NCBI GenBank assembly: GCA_014380155.1
Contig: JACMKJ010000488.1
Coordinates: 1 to 35,984, forward strand
DNA length: 35,984 nt
Reading direction: 5' to 3'
From: Rhizobacter sp.
GTDB taxonomy: Bacteria > Pseudomonadota > Gammaproteobacteria > Burkholderiales > Burkholderiaceae_C
Positions 17,078-26,152 of this stretch are shown piece by piece. Both the position numbers and the translations under genes were made by a program. Below the pieces are notes generated by a model. The model saw nothing but the letters and a program-made list of their open reading frames with translations, was not told the DNA's origin and searched no databases. Position 1 is the stretch's first letter. Each line of letters opens with the position of its first letter.

Positions 17078-17985
17078 GCGTCGCATTGGCGCGGTTCTTC
17101 GAGGGCGATGTCTGGCACAGCTTCAGGCGTTCGCCGTTGGCGATGGCCTCGGCGGTGGTGGCCTTCATCTGTGTGTTCAGCGCCATGTTTGCCGGCTTCG
17201 TCGCACCCCACAACCCGACTGACCTGGCCACGCTGGAGCTGGGTGACGCGCTGATGCCGCCGGCCTGGCTGCCGGAAGGCCGCGCTAAATACCTGCTGGG
17301 TACCGATGCACAAGGGCGCGACATTCTGTCTGCCCTCATGTACGGCACACGTATCTCGCTGATGGTGGGCCTGGCCGCCGTGTTGGTGTCGGTGCTCGTG
17401 GGAGTGAGCCTGGGTTTGATTGCCGGTTTCGTCGGCGGGCGCACCGACGCGTTCATCATGCGGGTGTGCGACGTGATGTTGTCCTTCCCATCCATCCTCG
17501 TCGCTTTGCTGGTCGATGGCGTGGGGCGCGCGCTGTTCCCCACGGCACACGACACACTGGCGTTTGCGGTGCTGATCGTTGCCATCTCGCTCACCGGCTG
17601 GGTGCAGTACGCGCGCACCGTGCGCGGCTCGACGCTGGTCGAGCGCAACAAGGAATACGTGCAGGCGGCGCGCGTCATTGGGGTGCCCTCGTTGCGCATC
17701 ATGCGCAAACACGTGCTGCCCAATGCGCTGGGGCCGGTGACGGTGCTCGCCACCATCCAGGTGGCCACGGCCATCATCATCGAAGCCACGCTCTCCTTTC
17801 TGGGCGTGGGCATGCCCGTTACGTCACCGTCGCTCGGCACGCTCATCCGGGTGGGCAACGACTTCCTGCTGTCGGGCGAGTGGTGGATCACCATCTTCCC
17901 TGGCGTGGTGCTGGTGATGATCGCCCTGAGCGTCAACCTGCTGGGTGACTGGTTGCGCGACGCGCTCAACCCCCGTTTGCGCTGA
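17074..17985 (+). CDS. Peptide/nickel ABC transporter permease (DppC-like)
   Basis: LLGTDAQGRDI, EYVQAARVIG, HVLPN, EATLSFLG; GTG 17074 overlaps the SBP stop (GTGA). Confidence 0.93.
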   Translation: MSVALARFFEGDVWHSFRRSPLAMASAVVAFICVFSAMFAGFVAPHNPTDLATLELGDALMPPAWLPEGRAKYLLGTDAQGRDILSALMYGTRISLMVGLAAVLVSVLVGVSLGLIAGFVGGRTDAFIMRVCDVMLSFPSILVALLVDGVGRALFPTAHDTLAFAVLIVAISLTGWVQYARTVRGSTLVERNKEYVQAARVIGVPSLRIMRKHVLPNALGPVTVLATIQVATAIIIEATLSFLGVGMPVTSPSLGTLIRVGNDFLLSGEWWITIFPGVVLVMIALSVNLLGDWLRDALNPRLR

Positions 17986-17992
17986 TCCCTCC

Positions 17993-18970
17993 ATGACCTC
18001 GCCCTTGCTCGAAGTGAAGAACCTGCGCGTCGAATTTCCGTCGCGCCACGGCACGCTGCTCGCGCTCGACGACGTGTCGTTCAGCATCCAGCCTGGCGAA
18101 GTGCTTGGCGTGGTCGGTGAGTCGGGTGCTGGCAAGTCGCTGACGGGCGCGGCCATCATCGGCTTGCTCGACCCGCCGGGGCGTGTGGCCGGCGGTGAGA
18201 TTTGCTTCGAGGGCAGGCGCATCGACAACCTGCCGTATGAAGAGATGCGCAAGCTGCGCGGCCGCCACATCGGCGCCATCTTCCAAGACCCGCTCACCTC
18301 GCTGAATCCGCTCTACACGGTGGGCCGCCAACTCACCGAAACCATTCGCACCCATTTGCCCCTGAGCGCTTCGCAGGCACGCGAGCGGGCGATCGATTTG
18401 CTGGAAGAGACCGGCATCTCGGCCGCAGCGCAGCGCATCGACCAATACCCGCACCAGTTCTCGGGCGGCATGCGCCAGCGTGTGGTGATCGCACTCGCCC
18501 TGGCGGCCAAGCCCAAGCTGATCGTGGCCGATGAGCCGACCACCGCGCTCGATGTCTCGGTGCAGGCGCAAATCATCCAGCTGCTCAAGCGCCTGTGCAA
18601 GGAGCACGGCGCGGCAGTCATGCTGATCACGCACGACATGGGTGTGATTGCCGAAACCTGCGACCGGGTGGCGGTGATGTACGCCGGCCGCCTGGCAGAG
18701 ATCGGGCCGGTGCAAGCCGTGATCCATTCGCCTGCCCACCCCTACACCCATGGCCTGATGGGGGCGATCCCGGCAATGAATGAAGACCGCGAGCGCCTGC
18801 TGCAGATCGACGGCGCCATGCCGCGCTTGAATGCGATCCCGCCCGGCTGCGCCTTCAACCCACGCTGCCCGCGCGTGATGGACCGCTGCCACGTCGACCG
18901 CCCTGAGCTGTTGCCGGCTGGCCCGACGCGCGCGGCCTGCTGGCTGCATGACGGGAGCGCTGCGCCATGA
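17993..18970 (+). CDS. Peptide/nickel ABC transporter ATPase (DppD-like)
   Basis: GESGAGKS Walker [18 protein letters not shown]-terminal GCAFNPRC; start ATG 17993. Confidence 0.95.
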   Translation: MTSPLLEVKNLRVEFPSRHGTLLALDDVSFSIQPGEVLGVVGESGAGKSLTGAAIIGLLDPPGRVAGGEICFEGRRIDNLPYEEMRKLRGRHIGAIFQDPLTSLNPLYTVGRQLTETIRTHLPLSASQARERAIDLLEETGISAAAQRIDQYPHQFSGGMRQRVVIALALAAKPKLIVADEPTTALDVSVQAQIIQLLKRLCKEHGAAVMLITHDMGVIAETCDRVAVMYAGRLAEIGPVQAVIHSPAHPYTHGLMGAIPAMNEDRERLLQIDGAMPRLNAIPPGCAFNPRCPRVMDRCHVDRPELLPAGPTRAACWLHDGSAAP

Positions 18971-19962
18971 GTGCCTCGTTGGTGGAGGTGCACGACCTGG
19001 CCAAGACCTTCGATGTGTCGGCGCCGTGGCTGAACCGTGTCATCGAGCGGCAACCGCGCCAGTGGGTGCACGCGGTCGACGGCGTGAGTTTCACCATCGA
19101 GCGTGGCAGCACGCTGGCCTTGGTTGGCGAGTCGGGTTGTGGCAAGAGCACGGTGGCACGCCTGCTGATGGGCTTGCACAAGCCGACGGCGGGTGAGGTG
19201 GTCTTTGATGGGAAGGACATCGCGGCCACGCTCGCCGGGCCGCAGTCGCTGGGCTTGCGCAAGCGCATGCAGATGATCTTTCAAGACCCCTACGCCAGCC
19301 TCAACCCGCGCTGGACGGTGCGTGACATCGTGGCCGAGCCGTTGAAAGAGCATGGCTTGGCGCAAGACGAGGCCGAATTGAAAGACCGTGTGGTCGAACT
19401 GCTGCGTTCGGTGGGGCTGGTGGCCGCTGACATGGAAAAGTTCGCGCACCAGTTCTCTGGTGGGCAACGTCAGCGGGTGTCGATTGCCCGCGCACTGGCG
19501 ACACAGCCGGAGTTCCTGGTCTGTGACGAGCCGACCTCGGCCCTTGACGTGTCTGTGCAGGCGCAGGTGCTCAACATCATGAAAGACCTGCAGCGCAACC
19601 GTGGCCTCACCTACCTGTTCATTTCGCACAACCTGGCGGTGGTGAGGCATGTGAGTGACCAGGTGGGGGTGATGTACCTCGGCCGCCTGGTGGAGCTGGC
19701 CGACAAGCCCACGCTGTTCGCGCAACCCCGGCACCCCTACACGCGCATGCTGCTGGATGCCATTCCCGACATTGCGATGAGCGGTCGATCCCGCACGCCG
19801 GTGCAGGGCGAGGTGCCCAACCCGCTCAACCCGCCGAGCGGCTGTTCATTTCACCCGCGCTGTCCGCATGCCAACGACCGCTGCCGCCAAGAGCGGCCGG
19901 CCCTGTTGCAGATTCAAGGGGTGCGCATTGCCTGCCACGCGGTGCAGGAAGGGCGCCTGTAG
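18967..19962 (+). CDS. Peptide/nickel ABC transporter ATPase (DppF-like)
   Basis: [34 protein letters not shown]. Confidence 0.95.
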   Translation: MSASLVEVHDLAKTFDVSAPWLNRVIERQPRQWVHAVDGVSFTIERGSTLALVGESGCGKSTVARLLMGLHKPTAGEVVFDGKDIAATLAGPQSLGLRKRMQMIFQDPYASLNPRWTVRDIVAEPLKEHGLAQDEAELKDRVVELLRSVGLVAADMEKFAHQFSGGQRQRVSIARALATQPEFLVCDEPTSALDVSVQAQVLNIMKDLQRNRGLTYLFISHNLAVVRHVSDQVGVMYLGRLVELADKPTLFAQPRHPYTRMLLDAIPDIAMSGRSRTPVQGEVPNPLNPPSGCSFHPRCPHANDRCRQERPALLQIQGVRIACHAVQEGRL

Positions 19963-19966
19963 CGAC

Positions 19967-20128
19967 TCAGCGCGGCGCGGATGCCGCTTGTGCGGCCGCG
20001 GCCGGTGGCGCCGGCAGGGTGAGCGGGCCTTTCTGGCCGCAGCCCGCGAGCAGCAGGGCCGCCAACAAAGAGCCCACTGCGCACAGTTGGATGGGCCGCG
20101 CCGCTACACTGAATTTATGTTTCCGCAT
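19967..20128 (-). CDS. lptM: Small lipoprotein LptM/YifL (LppL) family
   Basis: Lipobox LAGC followed by the GQKGPL signature; 53 aa from ATG 20128; divergent from cyaY. Confidence 0.85.
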   Translation of the reverse strand: MRKHKFSVAARPIQLCAVGSLLAALLLAGCGQKGPLTLPAPPAAAAQAASAPR

Positions 20129-20147
20129 GAGATGAATCTTACTGGCC

Positions 20148-20516
20148 ATGACTGCTGACCTTGTTCCCACTCCACTCAGCGATGCCCAGTTTCATGCCCT
20201 GGCCGGCGCGGTCTTGTCTTCGGTGGAGGCGACGGTCGATCAATGGCTGCAAGACGACGTGGTCGACATCGACAGCCACCGCACTGGTGGGTTGCTGGAG
20301 CTGAGCTTTCCCAACGGCAGCAAGCTTGTGCTCAACACCCAGCCCCCGCTGCAAGAGTTGTGGCTGGCCGCGCGCTCGGGCGGGTTCCACTACAAGCATG
20401 TAGAAGGCCGCTGGCTCGACACCCGGGAAGGGCGGGAGTTCTTCGATGCACTTTCGGCCTGCGCGAGCGAACAATCGGGCCTGGCGCTGCGCTTCGTGGC
20501 CCCTCCCGGCGCCTGA
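20148..20516 (+). CDS. cyaY: Iron donor protein CyaY (frataxin homologue)
   Basis: LLELSFPNGSKLVLNTQPPLQELWLAARSGGFHY. Confidence 0.95.
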   Translation: MTADLVPTPLSDAQFHALAGAVLSSVEATVDQWLQDDVVDIDSHRTGGLLELSFPNGSKLVLNTQPPLQELWLAARSGGFHYKHVEGRWLDTREGREFFDALSACASEQSGLALRFVAPPGA

Positions 20517-20522
20517 GCCAAG

Positions 20523-22886
20523 TCAGCGCTTGAAGAGATCGAGGATGCTTTTTTTCTCTTCTTCGCTCGGTGCGGCGGGCATCTTGTCTTCCAGGCCCAG
20601 GCTGCTCACGCCGTTGCCGTGAGTGAACTCTTCGTAGTACCACTCGCCGCCCAGGTTGATCAGCCCCTCGGCTGCTGAAGGCTCTTGCACCGGCTCACCC
20701 TTGAGCGTTTGCGACATGTAGTCGATCCACACCGGCAACGACAGGCCACCGCCGGTCTCGCGGTCACCCAGCTTGCGCGGGTTGTCGTAGCCGATCCAGA
20801 CGACACCCACCACATTGCGCTGGTAGCCGGCAAACCAGGCGTCCATCGAATCGTTGGTGGTGCCGGTCTTGCCGTAAATGTCGGGCCGCTTCAAGGTGCC
20901 CTGGGCACGCGCAGCCGTGCCGGAGCGGGTCACTTCTTGCAGCAGACTGGTCATCACGAAGGCGTTGCGGGAGTCGATCGCGCGCGTGTTCGCATCAAGC
21001 GCCTGCGGCTTGGCCTCGTTCAGCGTGCGGCCCTTCGAGTCGGTGATGCGGCTGATCAGATACGGGTTGATTTGATAGCCGCCATTGGCAAACACACCAT
21101 AGGCCGAGGCCATCTGCAGCGGGGTCACGGCGCCGGCGCCCAAGGCCATGGTCAGGAAGGCCGGGTGCTTGTCGGCTTCAAAGCCGAACCGCGTGACCCA
21201 CTGTTGCGCATAGGCCGGCGTGATCGACTGCAGTATGCGGATCGAGATCATGTTCTTCGACTTGGCCAGGCCGCGCCGCATCGACATGGGGCCGTCAAAG
21301 GTGCCGTCATAGTTTTTCGGCTCCCACGGTTGGCTGCCGGTGGTGACGGCGTCGAAGAACAGCGGCGCGTCGTTGATCACGGTCGCTGGCGTGAAGCCTT
21401 TTTCGAGCGCCGCCGAGTAGATGAACGGCTTGAAACTCGACCCCGGCTGGCGCCAGGCCTGAGTCACGTGGTTGAACTTGCTCTTAGCGTAGTCAAAGCC
21501 GCCCACCATGGTGCGCACTGCGCCGGTGCGGGGCTCCAGCGAGACGAAAGCGCCTTCGACCTCGGGCAGCTGGGTGATGGACCAATCGCCCTTGGGTCCT
21601 TTCACCAGGCGGATCACGGCGCCGCGGCGAATCTGCGTCTTGGGGTTGCCCTTGGCGGCCAGGCCTGATGTCACCGGCTTGAGTCCTTCGCCCGTGACGG
21701 TGACCGATTCGCCGTTTTGCAGCACCGCCACTACCTTGCGTGGGCTGGCCTCCAGGGCCACACCGGCACGCAACTCGTCGTTGTCGGGGTGTTCGTCGAG
21801 CGCTTCGGCGACGCGGGCGTCTACGTCCTTTCCCTCGGCAGGCAGGTCGATGTAAGCCTCGGGGCCCCGGTAGACCTGGCGCCGCTCGTAGTCGAGGATG
21901 CCCTTGCGCAGCGCGCGGTAGGCCGTCATCTGCTCGACGGAATTGAGCGTCAGGTGAACGTTCAGGCCGCGGGTGTAAGCCTCGTCGCCATACTGGCTGA
22001 AGATCATCTGGCGGGCCGCTTCGGCCACGTATTCGGCGTGAACGGCCACTTCGGCAGGAGTGCGGTACTTCAGTGGCTGGGCGCGTGCGGCCTCGTGCTG
22101 CTGCGGCGTGATGAAGCCGTTTTCCAGCATGCGGTCGATGATGTACTGCTGGCGCACCGTGGCGCGCCGTGGGTTGCTGATCGGGTTGTAGGCCGAAGGC
22201 GCCTTGGGCAGGCCGGCCAGCATGGCCGCCTCGGCCACCGTGACGTCTTGCAGGGGTTTGCCGAAGTAGATCTCGCTCGCCGCCGCAAAGCCGTAGGCCC
22301 GCTGGCCGAGGAAGATCTGGTTCATGTAGACCTCCAGGATCTGCTCCTTGGTGAGCAGGCTCTCGATCTTCAGTGCCAGCAGCACCTCGTAGATCTTGCG
22401 GGTGAAGGTTTTCTCGGTCGACAGGTAGAAGTTACGCGCCACCTGCATCGTGATGGTCGAAGCGCCCTGGCTGCGCGACTCGGCAAACTGAGCCAAGCCG
22501 GCGCGCAGCACGCCTTTGTAGTCGACCCCACTGTGCTGATAGAAGCGGGCGTCCTCGATGGCCAGCACCGCCTGCTGCATCACCTTGGGAACCTGCGAGA
22601 TGGGGGTGAAGTTGCGGCGCTCCTCGCCGAACTCGCCCAGCAAGACGCCATCGGCTGAATAGACGCGCATGGGCAGCTTGGGCCGGTAGTCCAGCAAACC
22701 ACTGATCTCGGGCAGGTTGGGGTAGGCCACTGCGAGGGCCAAGCCGACCAGCATGCCCACTGTCAGCGCACCGGCGGCCAGCAACCCCGCCGCCCAGGTT
22801 GCCGCAACGGCCAGCCAGCGCGCCCACGGTGGCAGCGAAGCCAGGGTGCGTGACAAGTAGGCGGCCGGTCGCTCGGATTCGCTCAT
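20523..22886 (-). CDS. mrcA: Penicillin-binding protein 1A
   Basis: Transglycosylase EDARFYQH, GASTITMQ, RKIYE; transpeptidase SSFK, SKN, KTG; divergent from pilM. Confidence 0.96.
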   Translation of the reverse strand: MSESERPAAYLSRTLASLPPWARWLAVAATWAAGLLAAGALTVGMLVGLALAVAYPNLPEISGLLDYRPKLPMRVYSADGVLLGEFGEERRNFTPISQVPKVMQQAVLAIEDARFYQHSGVDYKGVLRAGLAQFAESRSQGASTITMQVARNFYLSTEKTFTRKIYEVLLALKIESLLTKEQILEVYMNQIFLGQRAYGFAAASEIYFGKPLQDVTVAEAAMLAGLPKAPSAYNPISNPRRATVRQQYIIDRMLENGFITPQQHEAARAQPLKYRTPAEVAVHAEYVAEAARQMIFSQYGDEAYTRGLNVHLTLNSVEQMTAYRALRKGILDYERRQVYRGPEAYIDLPAEGKDVDARVAEALDEHPDNDELRAGVALEASPRKVVAVLQNGESVTVTGEGLKPVTSGLAAKGNPKTQIRRGAVIRLVKGPKGDWSITQLPEVEGAFVSLEPRTGAVRTMVGGFDYAKSKFNHVTQAWRQPGSSFKPFIYSAALEKGFTPATVINDAPLFFDAVTTGSQPWEPKNYDGTFDGPMSMRRGLAKSKNMISIRILQSITPAYAQQWVTRFGFEADKHPAFLTMALGAGAVTPLQMASAYGVFANGGYQINPYLISRITDSKGRTLNEAKPQALDANTRAIDSRNAFVMTSLLQEVTRSGTAARAQGTLKRPDIYGKTGTTNDSMDAWFAGYQRNVVGVVWIGYDNPRKLGDRETGGGLSLPVWIDYMSQTLKGEPVQEPSAAEGLINLGGEWYYEEFTHGNGVSSLGLEDKMPAAPSEEEKKSILDLFKR

Positions 22887-22909
22887 GGAACTCCAACAAA
22901 GAGGTCGTG

Positions 22910-22915
22910 ATTATA
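22910..22915 (-). promoter_or_regulatory. Consensus -10 (TATAAT) of mrcA
   Basis: Perfect TATAAT 23 nt upstream of the ATG, with a GGAG RBS between. Confidence 0.6.
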
Positions 22916-23060
22916 GGAAGCGCCCTGGTCTCACTGGCCAAACGTGAACTCTTTGGCAGTTGTCCAACAGGCCCTCAGGGTTGACCCGAAGGTGCCAATT
23001 TTTGACACGTATTTGCGTCTGAGTTTTGCAACGAGACGAGGTTGTGAAAATTGGAAATAT

Positions 23061-23091
23061 CTTTGTTGTACAAAGACTTTACTGCTAGCAT
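23061..23091 (+). promoter_or_regulatory. Putative pilM promoter with overlapping palindrome
   Basis: Extended -10 TGCTAGCAT (23083-23091); CTTTGT-TGT-ACAAAG palindrome (23061-23075) over the -35 position. Confidence 0.5.
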
Positions 23092-23147
23092 TGAAGTAAC
23101 TTCTTAACAGTCCAGCGTACTTAAAAAGCGCGTTGGGAGAGGGCGTC

Positions 23148-24227
23148 GTGAGCTTCCTTGACTTGTTGTTGGGCCGCAAACATCCACCGATGATCGGCTT
23201 GGACATCAGTTCTTCCAGCGTCAAGCTGGTCGAGCTGGGCCAAAGCGCGTCAGGTGAGTACGTGCTCGAGCGTTTTGCGGCTGAAAGCTTCGAAAAAGGC
23301 TGGATCACTGACGGTCAAATTGAAAAATTTGACGAGGTGGCCGACGCGGTGCGCCGGGTGGTGACCAAGAGTGGCACCAAAACCAAGCAGGTTGTGTTGG
23401 CCATGCCTCAGTCAGCCGTGATCACCAAGAAGATCATGCTGCCTGCCGGCTTGCGCGAAGAAGAGCTTGAGCTTCAGGTCGAATCCGAAGCTAACCAATA
23501 CATCCCTTTCTCGTTGGACGAGGTCAGTCTCGACTTTTCGGTCATCGGCCCGAGCCCCACCTCCGTGGGTGACGTCGAGGTGCTGATCGCCGCGTCCCGC
23601 AAAGACCGAGTTCAGGATCGTCAAGGTCTCGCCGAGGCGGCGGGTCTCAAGCCGGTGGTGCTTGACATCGAGTCTCATGCCTCACGCTTGGCCATGGGTC
23701 GCCTGATCGAAGCCTTGCCCAACGAGGGCAAAGATGCCCTCGTGGCCTTGTTCGAGATCGGTGCCGATACCACCAGTCTCAAGGTCTTGCGCGATGACGA
23801 GATGTTGTATGACCGGGATCAGGCCTTTGGTGGCTCCCAGCTCACACAGCTGATTTCTCGGCAGTATGGGTTCTCCTTTGAGGAGGCCGAGCAAAAGAAG
23901 CTCGCGTCCGATCTGCCTGAAGACTACGAAACTTCGATCCTCGCGCCTTTCGTTGACAGCTTGTCGCAAGAAATCGGCCGTGCCTTGCAGTACTTCTTCA
24001 CCAGCACACCGCACCACAAGGTTCACTACGTCATGTTGGCTGGGGGCACCGCAACCCTACCGGGCTTGAAGGATCGTGTCACAGAGTTGACCGGCTTCGC
24101 TTCGATGGTGGTGAACCCCTTTGACAACATGAAACTCGGCTCGGCGGTGCGCGAGAGCAAGCTTCGTCGTGAGGCGCCGTCCTACCTCACGGCTTGCGGC
24201 TTGGCGATGCGGAGGTTCCTGCAGTGA
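23148..24227 (+). CDS. pilM: Type IV pilus assembly protein PilM
   Basis: IGLDISSSSVKLVEL, EANQYIPF, FGGSQLT, LAGG, ACGLAMR; GTG 23148 after GGGAGAGG. Confidence 0.96.
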   Translation: MSFLDLLLGRKHPPMIGLDISSSSVKLVELGQSASGEYVLERFAAESFEKGWITDGQIEKFDEVADAVRRVVTKSGTKTKQVVLAMPQSAVITKKIMLPAGLREEELELQVESEANQYIPFSLDEVSLDFSVIGPSPTSVGDVEVLIAASRKDRVQDRQGLAEAAGLKPVVLDIESHASRLAMGRLIEALPNEGKDALVALFEIGADTTSLKVLRDDEMLYDRDQAFGGSQLTQLISRQYGFSFEEAEQKKLASDLPEDYETSILAPFVDSLSQEIGRALQYFFTSTPHHKVHYVMLAGGTATLPGLKDRVTELTGFASMVVNPFDNMKLGSAVRESKLRREAPSYLTACGLAMRRFLQ

Positions 24228-24880
24228 TCTTGATCAACCTGCTCCCGCATCGGGAAGAAAAGCGCAAACGGCGCAAGGCGGCCTTTTTTCTCGGGCTTGG
24301 CTTGGCAGCTGTTGCAGGCGCGGTGGTTGTGGGCGTCTGGTACTTGGTGTTGCAGCAAATGACCACGGGTCAGCAGCAACGCAACGAGTTTCTGACCGCC
24401 GAGATTCGCAAGCTTGAAGTGCAGATCAAAGACATCGCCACCTTGCGTGCGGAGATCGAGGCTTTGAAGGCCAGGCAGAAGGCCGTAGAAGATCTTCAGA
24501 TCGATCGCAACGTGCCTGTGCATGTGCTGAACGAACTCGTCAAACAAACGCCCGAGGGCATTTACTACCGAACCATTAAACAAGATGGCCAGGTTCTGAC
24601 GCTGGTGGGTGTGGCTCAGACGAATGAGCGCGTGTCCGAGTTGTTGCGCAACACCGGCAACAGTTCCGAGTGGTTGATGCGCCCGGAATTGGTCGAAATC
24701 AAGGTCGCCACGGTGCAAGGCGCTAATCGCGAACAGAAGCGGCTTTTTGACTTCTCGATGCGCGTGAGCATCAAGCGCCCGCAAGACGTTGACGCGAAAG
24801 CGGCTGCAGAGGCGGCGTCTGGGGTGGTGCCACAACCTGGGGCCAAGGGTACGACCGCTGGCAACCCAGCGAAACCCTGA
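24224..24880 (+). CDS. pilN: Type IV pilus assembly protein PilN
   Basis: INLLPHR motif, TM, coiled coil; GTGA overlap with pilM. Confidence 0.95.
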   Translation: MILINLLPHREEKRKRRKAAFFLGLGLAAVAGAVVVGVWYLVLQQMTTGQQQRNEFLTAEIRKLEVQIKDIATLRAEIEALKARQKAVEDLQIDRNVPVHVLNELVKQTPEGIYYRTIKQDGQVLTLVGVAQTNERVSELLRNTGNSSEWLMRPELVEIKVATVQGANREQKRLFDFSMRVSIKRPQDVDAKAAAEAASGVVPQPGAKGTTAGNPAKP

Positions 24881-24893
24881 AAGTACGCACGCC

Positions 24894-25607
24894 ATGGCCA
24901 CTCAAGCTAAATCCGTCAATATCGATCTGAACTCGGTGTTTGGTGCCGCGGCATCACAATTCCGAGGGCTCAACCCGAACGAGCCGGGCCAGTGGCCCAT
25001 GCTGCCCAAGATTGCCACCTGGATCGTGCTGGCAACTCTTGTAGTTGTTGTTGGTTGGTTCTTGCTGCTGGCCAGCGCTGACGAAGAGCTGCAGTCCGAA
25101 CGCGCTAAAGAGCCCGTGCTCAAACAAGACTATCGCGGCAAACTCGCGCAGGCCGTCAACCTTGAAGAGTTGCGCAAGCAAAAGCTGCAGGTTGAGGAAT
25201 ACGTGACGCAGCTGGAGAAACAGCTGCCTGGCAAGGCCGAGATGGACGCTCTGCTTTCCGACATCAACCAGGCCGGCTTGGGAAGAGGTCTCCAGTTTGA
25301 ACTCTTCAGGCCAGGGCAAGTGCTCGTGAAGGACTACTACGCCGAGTTGCCGATTGCGTTGCGCGTGTCAGGCCGATATCACGACATCGGCAACTTCGCT
25401 GCCGACGTGGCCAACCTCTCTCGGATTGTCACGCTGCACGGGCTGACCATTGCGACGGCCAAAGATGCGGCCGGCAAGGACAACTCCGGATTGCTTGCGA
25501 TGGATGCCACTGCTCGCACCTATCGCTACCTCGACGCCAACGAGGTGAACGAACAAAGAGCGGCGGCTGCAAAGGCCGCTGGTGCCAAAGCGGGAGCTAA
25601 GAAATGA
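24894..25607 (+). CDS. pilO: Type IV pilus assembly protein PilO
   Basis: QWPMLPK, QLPGKAEMDALLSDI, YYAELPI, GRYHDIGNF, LSRIVTL, TYRY. Confidence 0.95.
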   Translation: MATQAKSVNIDLNSVFGAAASQFRGLNPNEPGQWPMLPKIATWIVLATLVVVVGWFLLLASADEELQSERAKEPVLKQDYRGKLAQAVNLEELRKQKLQVEEYVTQLEKQLPGKAEMDALLSDINQAGLGRGLQFELFRPGQVLVKDYYAELPIALRVSGRYHDIGNFAADVANLSRIVTLHGLTIATAKDAAGKDNSGLLAMDATARTYRYLDANEVNEQRAAAAKAAGAKAGAKK

Positions 25608-26152
25608 AGGGCACGTTTGTGCGCTCTGTTGGAGCGCTTTGCGCCGCAGCGTTCGTTTCGTTGGGTCTGCTGGGTTGCAGTGGCGCTCAAGACGAGTTGC
25701 AACAGTGGATCGAACAACAACGGCGCGAGGCGAAGCCGAGTGTCTCTCCGTTGTCGGCACCGAAGAAGTTCAACCCTCAAGCCTACTTGGCTGGCAATGC
25801 GGTTGAGCCCTTCAGCAGCCAGAAGCTGACAGTGGCCATCAAACAAGAAGCCCGGCAATCCAACTCCTTGCTTGCGGCGGAAATCAATCGCCGCAAAGAG
25901 CCTCTTGAGGCTTACCCCATCGACAGCATGAGCATGGTGGGCAGCGTGACCAAACAAGGGCGGCCTTATGCGCTCTTGAAGGTGGACAACCTTCTGTACC
26001 AGGTCAAACAAGGTGATTACCTGGGCCAGAACTACGGAAAGATCACCAAGATTTCCGAGACCGACATTGCGTTTCGCGAGATTGTTCAGGATGCAGCGGG
26101 CGAGTGGATTGAGCGCACCAGCTCCCTTCAGCTTCAGGAGACGGCGCGATGA
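25604..26152 (+). CDS. pilP: Type IV pilus lipoprotein PilP
   Basis: Lipobox LLGC, RKEPLEAYP, GDYLGQNYGKI, GEWIER. Confidence 0.95.
   Translation: MKGTFVRSVGALCAAAFVSLGLLGCSGAQDELQQWIEQQRREAKPSVSPLSAPKKFNPQAYLAGNAVEPFSSQKLTVAIKQEARQSNSLLAAEINRRKEPLEAYPIDSMSMVGSVTKQGRPYALLKVDNLLYQVKQGDYLGQNYGKITKISETDIAFREIVQDAAGEWIERTSSLQLQETAR

Noticed and set aside
15515-17086. 523-aa - strand ORF
   Set aside because: Antisense shadow of the ABC substrate-binding gene
5396-23035. Identical 10-mer TTGCAACGAG in the gspK-gspL gap (5396-5405) and the mrcA-pilM gap (23026-23035)
   Set aside because: A single 10-bp match among roughly 2 kb of intergenic DNA is expected by chance; no palindromic or positional support
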